Assembly (NCBI GenBank): GCA_035438465.1
Contig: DAORIK010000003.1
Span: 4,886 to 68,885 of the forward strand
DNA: 64,000 nt
From: Chitinophagales bacterium
GTDB lineage: Bacteria; Bacteroidota; Bacteroidia; Chitinophagales; JADIYW01
Reading direction: 5' to 3'
Every line of letters starts with the position of its first letter. Positions within the stretch are counted from its first letter, which is position 1. The translations under genes were made by a program, and so were the position numbers. Positions 1 to 9,348 of the stretch are shown piece after piece. The notes below the pieces were generated by a model. The model was not told the DNA's origin. It worked only from the letters and a program-made list of their open reading frames with translations, and ran no database searches.

Positions 1-653
1 TCCGGAAATTGACGTTTTAACGTTTCATTATTGACTACTTCTACCGCTGTATTTACATCATAGCCCAATAATTTTTCACCGTATATCAGCCAGCATATTT
101 TGCCCATAGGTTTTAACTGATTCATCCTGAATCCATCTTTTAAACTTTGTTCCCATGTTATAGTGTTGCCAATTTGCAGTGACTCAATAATTTCATTCTT
201 TTTTACATCCACTACATTCAAAAAGTAATCTACCGTTTTGAGTCCGTCAGAATTTCTTCGTGATACCGTCCAAACCTTCGGACCTTTATCCGTTTTCACT
301 ACGGCGAAAGAACTGAATGACTCGTTAGGATTTTTATACAATGGCTTTGATGCTGTTGATGAAGAGGTAACAGATGATATTTTGCTTTTTACTGAAAAGA
401 AGACGGAAGCTGCTATTCCAATTATACCAATAGCAAAAACAATAAATACTGATCTGACTATTTTTCGGGCAGCTTCGCCGGTTTGTTCTGTATTATAAGT
501 AATTGGTTTTTTAGTATGTGTAGTCGTTTCAAATACAGGCTTTACATCACCGTATTCATAAATCGACCCACAAAATTTGCATTGATAGATATTATCCTGC
601 AATAAATTGGCTTCGCTGGCGCCGCATTGCGGACATTTTAATGGAGCTGGCAT
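1..653 (-). CDS. hypothetical zinc-ribbon membrane protein (3' end runs off the window)
   Basis: Absent from the ORF track because it is truncated. My manual minus-strand translation from the ATG at 653 stays open to position 1. It reads MPAPLKCPQCGASEANLLQDNIYQCKFCGSIYEY (CxxC...CxxC), then a hydrophobic helix (VFIVFAIGIIGIAASVFF), then a soluble domain. The plus ORF 238..498 is its antisense shadow. Confidence 0.55.
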   Translation of the reverse strand, partial: MPAPLKCPQCGASEANLLQDNIYQCKFCGSIYEYGDVKPVFETTTHTKKPITYNTEQTGEAARKIVRSVFIVFAIGIIGIAASVFFSVKSKISSVTSSSTASKPLYKNPNESFSSFAVVKTDKGPKVWTVSRRNSDGLKTVDYFLNVVDVKKNEIIESLQIGNTITWEQSLKDGFRMNQLKPMGKICWLIYGEKLLGYDVNTAVEVVNNETLKRQFP

Positions 654-732
654 ACTATGGTTTTGAATAAAGTTAGTATTTTTTGTACAAATACCACATT
701 CCTTACCAAATTTTTGCAGGCAGATTTAATTA

Positions 733-1809
733 TTACAAACCACCTACTTTGAGCTTCTCCGCATTTTCTTCAAAGTTGAGCTTATCTATAATCGTTTGTA
801 AATCGCCGTTCATGATTTCGCCTAAATTATACATCGTTAAGTTGATGCGGTGGTCTGTAACGCGGCCCTGCGGATAATTATACGTTCTGATTTTTGCACT
901 TCTATCACCTGTAGATACGAGGGTTTTACGTTGTTTGGCAATAGCTTCATTATGTATAGCCAGTGCTTTTTCATACAAACGTGTACGCAGTACTTTCATC
1001 GCACTTTCGTAGTTTTTATGCTGTGAACGTCCGTCCTGACACTCGGCAATAGTACCGGTTGGTATATGTGTCAAACGAACGGCTGATTCTGTTTTATTTA
1101 CGTGCTGCCCGCCGGCACCGCTTGCACGATAAACATCTTTTTTAATATCAGCAGGGTTTATTTCCACATCTACTTCTTCGGCTTCGGGTAACACAGCAAC
1201 AGATGCGGCTGAGGTATGTACACGTCCCTGTGATTCAGTTTCCGGTACACGCTGTACACGGTGCACGCCTGATTCATACTTTAGCACACCATAAACACCT
1301 TCGCCGGAAACTTCTACCACAACTTCTTTGTAGCCGCCTGCAGTTCCGGCATTCTCATTCATGATTTCAGTGGTCCAGCCTTTGTTTTCGCAATACTTTA
1401 AGTACATACGCAATAAGTCACCTGCGAAAATACTCGCTTCGTCACCGCCTGTTCCGGCACGAATTTCAAGTATTGCATTCTTGTCGTCTTCCGGGTCTTT
1501 GGGTATTAACAGAAAACGGATATCATCTTCCATTTTAGGTAACTGCTCAAGCTGGTCATCTAACTCTGCTTTTGCCATATCACGCATTTCGGCATCTTTC
1601 TCTTCTGCTAAAACCTGTTTATTAAAATCAATATTAGAAAGCAGGTTTTTGTATTCTAAATAGGCATTTACAATCGGTTCTAAATCTTTATATTCTTTGG
1701 ATGTTTTTTTAAATTTTTGCATATCGCCCACCACACCGGGATCACCCAGTTGCGATTCTAAATCTTTATACCTGAAATAAATAAGTTCTAATTTATCTAA
1801 CATAATCAA
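733..1809 (-). CDS. prfA: peptide chain release factor 1
   Basis: 358 aa with the GGQ motif (SGAGGQHVNKTESAVRLTH) and the RF1-type tripeptide region RVQRVPETESQGR. Full-length class-I release factor. Confidence 0.95.
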   Translation of the reverse strand: MIMLDKLELIYFRYKDLESQLGDPGVVGDMQKFKKTSKEYKDLEPIVNAYLEYKNLLSNIDFNKQVLAEEKDAEMRDMAKAELDDQLEQLPKMEDDIRFLLIPKDPEDDKNAILEIRAGTGGDEASIFAGDLLRMYLKYCENKGWTTEIMNENAGTAGGYKEVVVEVSGEGVYGVLKYESGVHRVQRVPETESQGRVHTSAASVAVLPEAEEVDVEINPADIKKDVYRASGAGGQHVNKTESAVRLTHIPTGTIAECQDGRSQHKNYESAMKVLRTRLYEKALAIHNEAIAKQRKTLVSTGDRSAKIRTYNYPQGRVTDHRINLTMYNLGEIMNGDLQTIIDKLNFEENAEKLKVGGL

Positions 1810-1832
1810 AAATCATCGTGAAAATTCGGGAG

Positions 1833-1840
1833 CAAAAATA
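1833..1840 (-). promoter_or_regulatory. candidate -7 promoter box TATTTTTG for prfA
   Basis: The plus strand reads CAAAAATA, which is TAnnTTTG on the minus strand, about 23 nt upstream of the prfA ATG. Confidence 0.35.
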
Positions 1841-1921
1841 GCAAATTTGAAGCAATAAATCATTCACTCAGATATTGGAACAATAACAACTAATTATTAC
1901 CTTGTGTTAAAATTATAAATT

Positions 1922-2335
1922 ATGGAAAACAACGATGCAGGCGCAATTGCCGCCATTATTGCCGGATTAGGCATTTTTTTAGTGTTCTTTTTTGCTTTTA
2001 TCCTCTTTTTTATTGTTTGCCACTGGAAGATTTTTACCAAGGCTGGACAGGAAGGATGGAAGAGTATCATTCCGCTGTACAATTTATATATTCAACTTCA
2101 AATTGCTAAACAGCCAACCATTTGGTTATTGTATTTTATGATTCCATTTGTTAATATTTATTTTGGAATTAAGCATGTACATGGTCTATCAAAAGCTTTT
2201 GGTAAAGATGTAGGATTTACGGTTGGACTTATTCTGCTGCCAATTGTTTTCTATCCGATTTTAGCGTTTGGTGATGCCAAGTATGTTTACAATGAGAATA
2301 ATTCTTTGATAAATGAGATTCAGGAAATCAAGTAA
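1922..2335 (+). CDS. small multi-pass membrane protein (DUF5684-like, from memory)
   Basis: 137 aa with three or four hydrophobic helices and the KIFTKAGQEGWKSIIPLYN motif typical of this family. The family name is recalled, not searched. Confidence 0.6.
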   Translation: MENNDAGAIAAIIAGLGIFLVFFFAFILFFIVCHWKIFTKAGQEGWKSIIPLYNLYIQLQIAKQPTIWLLYFMIPFVNIYFGIKHVHGLSKAFGKDVGFTVGLILLPIVFYPILAFGDAKYVYNENNSLINEIQEIK

Positions 2336-2818
2336 ATGAAACTGAAATTAAAATACATAAGCAGGCTGTTCTTTGGAGCAGCTTGTTTATTTTTATTTGC
2401 CTGCAAAAATAAAACAGTTAATAATACAACCAATACGGACAGTGAAGGGTATGACAAAGGAAATTTAAATGGAAACTATAATTGGACAGGAACTTATGAA
2501 TTAAAAGATAAGGATGTTAGTTACATCTTAAAATTGCACAAACGCAGTGTAGATGGCAGCTACGAAATGCAGTTTTACAACAATACAAAAAATACCGATT
2601 TGTACAAAAGTTCTATTTACGATGCAAAAGATGATTCAGCAAGCATTTACATTAAGTTTTTAAATAATTTTCAGATGGATGCCACGCCTCTTGGATTTAA
2701 AAGTGGAGACACCTTATTTATCTTGCATCATACCAACGAAAAAGACAATTCTATTTTTAAGGCTTTTCAACCATCAGATAAAAATTTAAATTGGAAGAAA
2801 ATCAGCAGTACCTATTAA
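2336..2818 (+). CDS. hypothetical lipoprotein
   Basis: Signal peptide ending in the lipobox LFAC. Start is coupled to the upstream stop (TAAATG). No recognisable family. Confidence 0.6.
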   Translation: MKLKLKYISRLFFGAACLFLFACKNKTVNNTTNTDSEGYDKGNLNGNYNWTGTYELKDKDVSYILKLHKRSVDGSYEMQFYNNTKNTDLYKSSIYDAKDDSASIYIKFLNNFQMDATPLGFKSGDTLFILHHTNEKDNSIFKAFQPSDKNLNWKKISSTY

Positions 2819-2849
2819 TTTCACAAAATCATTTCAAATTAAGATACTT

Positions 2850-3359
2850 ATGAAAACCATTGAAAAACTATTAGAGAAAATACTATTTGCCAGCAGATGG
2901 ATACAAGTACCTATTTATCTTGGGCTGATTTTAGGTTGTATGGTATATACTTACAAATTTATTATTGAGCTGGTACATTTATGTATGCATGCTGATTCCT
3001 GGACAGAGGAAATGGTGATGTTGTCTATTTTAACACTGATAGATATTTCTATGGTAGTAAACTTAATTATTATTGTGGTCATTGGCGGTTACTCTACTTT
3101 TGTAAGCAAACTGGATTTTGGTGCGCATGAAGATAAACCGGAGTGGCTGCAACAAATAAATGCAGGAACACTAAAAGTAAAATTGGCTATCTCATTGGTT
3201 GGAGTATCCAGTATTCAGCTGTTACGTTCTTTTATTGATATAAAAGATGTAGACAGAGAACATGTGCTCCTGCAAATTTTAATACATGTAATTTTTCTTA
3301 CCTCAAGTATTATTTTAGCTTACACGGATAAATTAATGCATGACACGCATGAGCATTAA
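2850..3359 (+). CDS. YqhA/UPF0114 family membrane protein
   Basis: N-terminus LLEKILFASRWIQVPIYLGLILG and overall helix layout match the TIGR00645/YqhA family. Confidence 0.8.
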   Translation: MKTIEKLLEKILFASRWIQVPIYLGLILGCMVYTYKFIIELVHLCMHADSWTEEMVMLSILTLIDISMVVNLIIIVVIGGYSTFVSKLDFGAHEDKPEWLQQINAGTLKVKLAISLVGVSSIQLLRSFIDIKDVDREHVLLQILIHVIFLTSSIILAYTDKLMHDTHEH

Positions 3360-4171
3360 TTCTTGGTAGTGTAATCAAATACTTTTTTAACGATGGCAGT
3401 ATAGCCAAGCGGCATAGTACGTGCTATCCGGTCACCCATTTCAGCATCAATACCAATTAAAATTCTTTCTTTTTTCTTTTCAATGTGTTTTAATATAATT
3501 TTTGCTGCTTCTTCAGGTGAGGTGCGTTCTAATGCTTTTTGAAACTTTTTATCTAAGGCAGCATTTTTTTCATAATGTACCGCATTCTTATAAATATTCG
3601 TATTGATGCCTCCAGGATGAACGCAATATACTTCTACATTGGTATCCATTAATTCCATCCGCAGGGATTCAGTAAAGCCACGCACAGCAAATTTTGTAGT
3701 GCAATACGGTACTTGCTCTGCTACACCAACTAAACCGAATAAACTGGAAATATTGACAATTACTGCTTCAGGTCTTGAAAGTAAAATATCCAGAAACTGT
3801 TTGGTATGATTAATAACACCCCACACATTCACATCCATTATTTTATGAAAATCTTCCATCTTTAATTCTTGTAAGGATATTTTACCCAAGGCAAATCCCG
3901 CATTATTAAATAGTAAATCTATATGGCGATGTTCTTTCAGTACTTTTTTTGTAAAATCAGTAATAGCATTTTCATCGGAAACATCTACCGTATAAATATA
4001 ACAGGATGCTCCAAAGGTTTGTACCATTTTTTGGGTGGTTGCCAGACCTTCTGGATTTTTGTCTGATAATATCAGGGTTGCACCTTTCTTTCCCAGTTCA
4101 ATTGCCAATGCTTGCCCAATTCCGGAACCTGCGCCTGTAACTACTGCAATTTTGTCTTTAAAATTTTTCAT
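3356..4171 (-). CDS. SDR family oxidoreductase
   Basis: TGAGSGIG cofactor motif, NNAG, and catalytic YCTTK (YxxxK). Confidence 0.9.
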   Translation of the reverse strand: MKNFKDKIAVVTGAGSGIGQALAIELGKKGATLILSDKNPEGLATTQKMVQTFGASCYIYTVDVSDENAITDFTKKVLKEHRHIDLLFNNAGFALGKISLQELKMEDFHKIMDVNVWGVINHTKQFLDILLSRPEAVIVNISSLFGLVGVAEQVPYCTTKFAVRGFTESLRMELMDTNVEVYCVHPGGINTNIYKNAVHYEKNAALDKKFQKALERTSPEEAAKIILKHIEKKKERILIGIDAEMGDRIARTMPLGYTAIVKKVFDYTTKN

Positions 4172-4326
4172 TGATTATTTTATTTTGTCGGCAAGGTATT
4201 GATTTGTATCAATTAATGCACTAAACACATGTAAAAAACACATTTGCACATACATTTTTAGTATTTTTAGCGTTGTTATTAAACAAAATGGTTCGATATT
4301 TGTATATACAAGTATAAACACTTGAT

Positions 4327-4953
4327 ATGGCAAAACAACTATTACAAGCATCGACAATCATTTTGGCACTAACAATCTTGCTTACTACCAATATGTGGGC
4401 AAAAGGAAGTTCTTCAACATCGGTAAAGTCAACCACCATTAATACTGAAAAGAGTACTATTGACTGGATTGGTAAAAAAGTATTAGGACAACACAATGGC
4501 AAAGTAAAAATCCAGTCTGGAACTATTAACACTAAAAATGGTGTTTTAACAGGAGGAAGTTTTGTTATTGACATGAAATCCATTACTAATGAGGATATAA
4601 CTGATCCTGATTATAATAAGAAACTGATAGGACATTTAAACAGTGAGGATTTCTTTAACGTGGCAGCATTTTCAACGGCTAACGTTAAGATAACTAAAGT
4701 GTTAAAATTGACAAATAAACCGAATTCGTACAACCTTACCGCTGATTTAACCATCAAAGGTATTACAAAGAGTATAACATTTCCGGCAACATTTAGTAAA
4801 TCTGCAGGAAATGGTTTTGAAGGGAATGCAAAGATCACAATAGACAGAACATTGTGGGACATTAAGTATGGTTCATCTAACTTTTTCGAAGGTTTGGGTG
4901 ACAAAGCCATCAAGAATGAGATTGAATTGAACGTGAAACTTGCATCTAATTAA
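4327..4953 (+). CDS. YceI family periplasmic protein
   Basis: Signal peptide, then the YceI-like pattern (STIDWIGKK..GQHNGKV...GGSFVIDMKSI...ITF). Confidence 0.85.
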   Translation: MAKQLLQASTIILALTILLTTNMWAKGSSSTSVKSTTINTEKSTIDWIGKKVLGQHNGKVKIQSGTINTKNGVLTGGSFVIDMKSITNEDITDPDYNKKLIGHLNSEDFFNVAAFSTANVKITKVLKLTNKPNSYNLTADLTIKGITKSITFPATFSKSAGNGFEGNAKITIDRTLWDIKYGSSNFFEGLGDKAIKNEIELNVKLASN

Positions 4954-4968
4954 TTTCGAACTCTATTG

Positions 4969-4993
4969 ATTGCCGAGAGGCAATTGGGTTTTT
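4969..4993 (+). terminator. candidate intrinsic terminator after the YceI gene
   Basis: ATTGCC-GAGA-GGCAAT hairpin followed by TGGGTTTTT. Confidence 0.5.
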
Positions 4994-5017
4994 CATAGTT
5001 TTATGGTTTTTGTGGCT

Positions 5018-5050
5018 AGTCCGATCCTCTGGGTCGGACTGGTCATTTTT
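5018..5050 (+). terminator. second GC-rich hairpin with a T-run
   Basis: AGTCCGATCC-TCT-GGGTCGGACT (one mismatch) followed by GGTCATTTTTT. Confidence 0.5.
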
Positions 5051-5065
5051 TAAGCGGCACTGAAC

Positions 5066-5127
5066 GTCATCATGAACGACGTAAAGGATCTTGGTAAATT
5101 AAATAAGATGCCGTTCCTCAGAATGAC
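5066..5127. repeat. two inverted units of the GTCAT...GATC/GAATC intergenic repeat family
   Basis: The plus unit is GTCATCATGAACGACGTAAAGGATC (5066-5090). The minus unit is GTCATTCTGAGGAACGGCATC (reverse complement of 5107-5127). Related units occur at 16122, 19104, 50399 and 51752. Confidence 0.5.
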
Positions 5128-5134
5128 AGAGTCG

Positions 5135-6979
5135 TTACAACTGTTGTAAATCCACCAGTTTCTTATACTCACCGTTTTGCTGCATCAGTTGCTGATGTGT
5201 TCCTTTCTCAATAATTTCACCTTCTTTCAATACCACAATTTCATCGGCAAATTGCACGGTAGAGAGTCTGTGTGCGATGATGATTGCCGTTTTATCTTTT
5301 AATAAATTTTGTAGCGCATCTTGTACTAATTTTTCCGAGTTGCTGTCTAAATGCGAAGTAGCTTCATCTAAAATTAAGATAGGCGCATTTTTATATATGG
5401 CACGTGCGATCGACAAACGTTGCTGCTCGCCGCCACTGATTTTTGTACCATTGTCACCTATATTTTCTTTGTACTTTTGACGCATCTTTTGAATAAACTC
5501 ATCTGCATGTGCCAATTTGGCGGCTTCTTCTATTTGTGTCTCCTCTGCTGTTTTTCCCAATGAAATATTATTGGAAACTGTATCGTTAAATAACGTAGTT
5601 TGCTGCGTTACCAAAGCCATCAAGTGGCGTAAATCCTGTTGTTGAATATTTTTTATATTGATTCCGTCTATTAAAATTTCGCCGTTTTCCACGTCAAAAA
5701 ATCGCATTAATAATTGAATAAAGGTGGACTTGCCTGCGCCCGAAACACCAACAATTGCTATCTTTTTGCCTTTGGGAATTTCTAAATTAATATTCTTTAG
5801 AACTTGCCGTTCATGAAAAGCAAACGATACATTTTTTAATTCAATTTTATCTTTGAAATCAGAAATGGAAACAGCATTCGATATATCATTTATTTTATTT
5901 TCTTCTTTCAATACTTCTTCAATTCTTTTTAAAGAAGCTAAGCCTTTTTGTATAAAATAAAATGCATTGGAAAAAGCTTTTGCAGGCTGAATGATTTGTG
6001 AAAAGATTACAATAAAAGCAATAAATGCTTCTGCGCTTAATGGTGATGTGTGATGAATAATCATTTTTCCGCCAACATACAAAACGATGACAACCACTGA
6101 AATTCCTAAAAACTCAGACAATGGCGTAGATAAATCCCTTTTACGAATCATACTTGTACCTATCCTGTTATGCTGCTGATTGATAGTTGCAAATTTTTCT
6201 GATAAACTCTTTTCTGCTGTAAACGACTTTATAATTCTAATACCTGAAATGGTTTCATCAACAATAGAATTTATCACACCTTGTAATTGTTGTGATTGTG
6301 CAGATGCATTTTTTAATGTCTTACCAATTTTGCCGATAATATATCCAGAAATCGGTAAAATAACCAACACGAATAAAGTCAGTTTCGGACTAAGCAACAG
6401 CATGGTAACTAATGTTGCAATAATTGTTACAGGCTCTTTAAACGCTACTTCTAAAAAATGTAAAATTCCATATTCTACTTCCTGCACATCATTTGTCAAA
6501 CGCGTCAGCACATCGCCTTTGCGTTGGTCTGAAAAATACAGTACATGTAAATTTAAAATCTTATCGAACAATTGTTGTCTGATGTTGCTTGCGATGCCGG
6601 TGCGCATTGGAGCCAGAAAATGTACGGCAAAGTATCGAAAAATATTTTTTACGAAAAAAACGAGTACCGTAAACAAACAAATAAATAATAACGCTTTCGA
6701 TTTGCCAATTTCTATACTTTCACTGCTTTGTATATAATGAATTACGTTATTGTTGAACGTGCCTGCAATGTATTCTTTCAAATGCAAAAAACTGAACGGA
6801 ATTTCCTGAGTTTCTGAAGCTACCATTTTATCAGAATTGAAAATCAGGTTCAGAAACGGAATCAGCATCAAAAAGGAAAAAATGGAGAAAATTGTGGAAA
6901 ACAGGTTAAATATAATATTCAGTAATATATTTGGAATGTATGGCTGACAATATTTTAATAAACTGCGCAAATCTTTCAT
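5135..6979 (-). CDS. ABC transporter permease/ATP-binding protein (MsbA-like exporter)
   Basis: Six-helix TMD followed by an NBD with Walker A GVSGAGKST, signature ISGGEQQR and Walker B ILILDEATS. The start is moved to the ATG at 6979 (MKDLRSLLKY). The ORF-track extension to 7150 overlaps rbfA and reads through the promoter region. Confidence 0.9.
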   Translation of the reverse strand: MKDLRSLLKYCQPYIPNILLNIIFNLFSTIFSIFSFLMLIPFLNLIFNSDKMVASETQEIPFSFLHLKEYIAGTFNNNVIHYIQSSESIEIGKSKALLFICLFTVLVFFVKNIFRYFAVHFLAPMRTGIASNIRQQLFDKILNLHVLYFSDQRKGDVLTRLTNDVQEVEYGILHFLEVAFKEPVTIIATLVTMLLLSPKLTLFVLVILPISGYIIGKIGKTLKNASAQSQQLQGVINSIVDETISGIRIIKSFTAEKSLSEKFATINQQHNRIGTSMIRKRDLSTPLSEFLGISVVVIVLYVGGKMIIHHTSPLSAEAFIAFIVIFSQIIQPAKAFSNAFYFIQKGLASLKRIEEVLKEENKINDISNAVSISDFKDKIELKNVSFAFHERQVLKNINLEIPKGKKIAIVGVSGAGKSTFIQLLMRFFDVENGEILIDGINIKNIQQQDLRHLMALVTQQTTLFNDTVSNNISLGKTAEETQIEEAAKLAHADEFIQKMRQKYKENIGDNGTKISGGEQQRLSIARAIYKNAPILILDEATSHLDSNSEKLVQDALQNLLKDKTAIIIAHRLSTVQFADEIVVLKEGEIIEKGTHQQLMQQNGEYKKLVDLQQL

Positions 6980-6984
6980 TGTAG

Positions 6985-6992
6985 CAAAGATA
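6985..6992 (-). promoter_or_regulatory. candidate -7 box TATCTTTG for the ABC exporter
   Basis: The plus strand reads CAAAGATA. The final G of the box lies 6 nt from the A of the ATG at 6979. Confidence 0.45.
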
Positions 6993-6997
6993 TTATT

Positions 6998-7005
6998 TAC
7001 TTTTG
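6998..7005 (+). promoter_or_regulatory. candidate -7 box TACTTTTG for rbfA
   Basis: TAnnTTTG match. The final G lies 6 nt upstream of the rbfA ATG at 7011. Confidence 0.45.
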
Positions 7006-7010
7006 TTTTT

Positions 7011-7406
7011 ATGGAATCTATCAGACAAAGACAAGTGGCAAAAACGATACAGGTGGCTATGAGCGAAATTATGCAAAAAGACCTGAATACTATTTTAGAA
7101 GGCGCAATGGTGACGATTTCAGGTGTGCGTATTACGCCTGATTTGTACACTGCGCGTATTTATGTAAGCATTTACAACCATGCAAAACCCGAAGTTGTTT
7201 TAGACAATCTGGATAAACACAATAAATTAATTCGCGGCTTGCTGGGAAATAAAATCAGAAATAAAGTGCGTTCCATACCACAATTGGAATTTTTTAAAGA
7301 TGACACTCTCGAAGATGTTCAAAACCTCGAACGCATTTTCAGCGAGATAAAAAAGAAAGACGCTGAGTTGGAGAAGCTGAGAGGAGAGAATGATAAAATT
7401 AGCTAA
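7011..7406 (+). CDS. rbfA: ribosome-binding factor A
   Basis: 131 aa. MESIRQRQVAKTIQVAMSEIMQKD...VRITPDLYTARIYVS is a typical RbfA KH-like core. Confidence 0.9.
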   Translation: MESIRQRQVAKTIQVAMSEIMQKDLNTILEGAMVTISGVRITPDLYTARIYVSIYNHAKPEVVLDNLDKHNKLIRGLLGNKIRNKVRSIPQLEFFKDDTLEDVQNLERIFSEIKKKDAELEKLRGENDKIS

Positions 7407-7430
7407 TTAGCTAATTTAAAAAATTGAGAA

Positions 7431-8669
7431 ATGAATCTCGAACTCAACATAGCGAAACGTTACTTATTCAGTAAAAAATCCACGAATGCGATTAATATTA
7501 TTTCGTTGGTAAGTGGTGCTGCAATGTTGTTTGGCACGATGGCTCTTATTTTAGTTCTGTCGGTTTTTAATGGTTTGGAAGATTTGATAAAATCCTTATA
7601 TGCGGTTTTTTATGCTGATATTGCTATAACAATCAACGAAGGAAAAACATTTGAAATTACGGATGAACTGAAAAGTAAACTAAAAAGCATTCATTATTTA
7701 GATGCGTATAGTTTTGTGCTGGAAGAAAACGCGTTGTTAGAATATTCAGATTTACAACATATCTGCACCGTAAAAGGTGTCGACAAAAACTATTTCAATG
7801 TGATTCAGAAGTTCGATACATTTATGGTGGATGGCAAAAAAATATTGCAGCAAGACAGCATTAATTATTGCATTGTTGGCGTTGGCGTTGCACTTAAGTT
7901 AGGCATGAATACGGAACACACATTTAATCCGGTAGCTGTTTATATGCCAAAAAAATCAGCGAGTTCTTTTGCTACCATGGAAAATGCGTTCAATAAAAGT
8001 TATCTAAGTGTAAGTGGCGCGTTTGCGGTTTCTGATGAGTTCGACACCAAATACACCATGGTTCCGTTAGATTTTTTTCAAGAACTCACGGAGAATGAGA
8101 ACAGAGCTTCACAAATTGCTATTCGTTTAAAAGATGCAACCCAAAGCGATGCCGCGATTCAAGAATTAAAAAAAGTATTAGGAAATTCATTTGTGGTAAA
8201 AAGCAGGTATGAACAAAACGAAGTATTGTATAAAATTCTAAAAAGTGAAAAATGGATTACATTCGCCATTTTAGTTTTAATTATCATCATCGCATCATTT
8301 AATATAATTGGTGCGCTATCAATGTTAGTATTAGAAAAGAAAAAAGACATCGCTACACTTACTGCATTAGGCATTCAAAAAAAGAGTATTATCAAAATAT
8401 TTTTACTGGAAGGTATTTTAATGTCGTGTGTTGGTGCTTTTATTGGTATGGTGCTGGCCTTTATACTATGTATCCTTCAGGATAAGATTGGATTAGTGCC
8501 TATGCCGGGAACTTCCTTTTTAGTGAGTTATTACCCTGTAAAAATGCAACTATCTGATTTTGCTGCAGTATCACTGGTGGTTATACTAATCAGTTTAGCT
8601 GCAGCCTATTTACCGGCAAAGAAGGCGGCTGCATCCGTTGAAAAAGAGTATTTAGGTTATCTGTCATAA
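7431..8669 (+). CDS. FtsX-like ABC transporter permease (LolC/E-like)
   Basis: 412 aa. An N-terminal TM helix, a large periplasmic loop, then a C-terminal three-helix FtsX domain. Confidence 0.85.
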   Translation: MNLELNIAKRYLFSKKSTNAINIISLVSGAAMLFGTMALILVLSVFNGLEDLIKSLYAVFYADIAITINEGKTFEITDELKSKLKSIHYLDAYSFVLEENALLEYSDLQHICTVKGVDKNYFNVIQKFDTFMVDGKKILQQDSINYCIVGVGVALKLGMNTEHTFNPVAVYMPKKSASSFATMENAFNKSYLSVSGAFAVSDEFDTKYTMVPLDFFQELTENENRASQIAIRLKDATQSDAAIQELKKVLGNSFVVKSRYEQNEVLYKILKSEKWITFAILVLIIIIASFNIIGALSMLVLEKKKDIATLTALGIQKKSIIKIFLLEGILMSCVGAFIGMVLAFILCILQDKIGLVPMPGTSFLVSYYPVKMQLSDFAAVSLVVILISLAAAYLPAKKAAASVEKEYLGYLS

Positions 8670-8701
8670 TAAGTTATTAGTATCTTTAAAAAAATATTTC
8701 A

Positions 8702-9250
8702 ATGAAAAAATTAATTGCTGTATTATTTATATCCTTTTTTATTTCGGCGATATTTGCTGAAGAAACTTCTTATAAAACTAAAATAGAAGATGCTACTCTA
8801 ACTAAAGGTTCTTTATACAAACAGGAAGTCTTTTCTGTAGAAAATATTACCGCATTCAGAATAGATGCTTTGAAAATTACCAATTTAGAAAAATTTGGTA
8901 TTACCACAGGATTAAGGGTGGTACACAAAGTGTTTATCGGGAAAGAATTAAAAACTTTTACCAACTATATTGATTTGGATGAAATCGATGGATTGATAAC
9001 TTCCTTGCAATACATGAAAACGATATTGAAAAGTAAAACCATTCCTAATAGTTACACTGAAATAAAATTCATTACAAAATCAGGGTTTCAGTTCATGTTG
9101 TTTACTGTCTTAAACACACAAGGAAAATTAGACTGGAGCTTCATGGCACAAACCAACATTTCCAATGAAAAAACGATTGTATCTCTTTCTAATGATGATG
9201 TAGATAAATTGCAAAAAACATTTGAACAAGCAAAAGCGAAACTGCAATAA
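8702..9250 (+). CDS. hypothetical secreted protein
   Basis: Signal peptide MKKLIAVLFISFFISAIFA. No recognisable family. Confidence 0.6.
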   Translation: MKKLIAVLFISFFISAIFAEETSYKTKIEDATLTKGSLYKQEVFSVENITAFRIDALKITNLEKFGITTGLRVVHKVFIGKELKTFTNYIDLDEIDGLITSLQYMKTILKSKTIPNSYTEIKFITKSGFQFMLFTVLNTQGKLDWSFMAQTNISNEKTIVSLSNDDVDKLQKTFEQAKAKLQ

Positions 9251-9337
9251 ATCTAACCGAAGATTACTTTTATCGTTGAAAAAATAAAAAAGTGCAAAAA
9301 ATCTCCGTACTAATTACTCAGTACTAATTACTTTTTG

Positions 9338-9345
9338 TAATTTTG
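9338..9345 (+). promoter_or_regulatory. candidate -7 box TAATTTTG for guaB
   Basis: TAnnTTTG. Its terminal TTG is the alternative start chosen by the ORF track (9343). The ATG follows at 9349. Confidence 0.4.
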
Positions 9346-9348
9346 CAC

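Noticed and set aside
238-498. 86-aa plus-strand ORF from the track
   Set aside because: It lies antisense to a longer, protein-like minus-strand ORF (1..653, zinc ribbon plus TM helix) that runs off the window. Its composition and context indicate a shadow ORF.
1361-1663. Antisense ORFs inside well-supported genes. Examples are 1361..1663, 6180..6737, 10183..10584, 12923..13288, 15363..15803, 40983..41492, 52021..52434, 53211..53817 and 59540..60069.
   Set aside because: Each is fully embedded in, and antisense or out of frame to, a gene with clear family motifs. Their peptides are low-complexity or Cys/Ser/Ile-rich and typical of shadow frames.
4270-4326. 10-bp palindrome TGTATATACA upstream of the YceI gene as a regulatory site
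   Set aside because: It is a single short AT palindrome with no cognate regulator nearby, so it cannot be distinguished from background.
6980-7150. N-terminal 57-codon extension of the ABC exporter ORF (track start 7150)
   Set aside because: The extension overlaps rbfA on the opposite strand and reads through the divergent promoter boxes. The ATG at 6979 gives a normal MsbA-like N-terminus.
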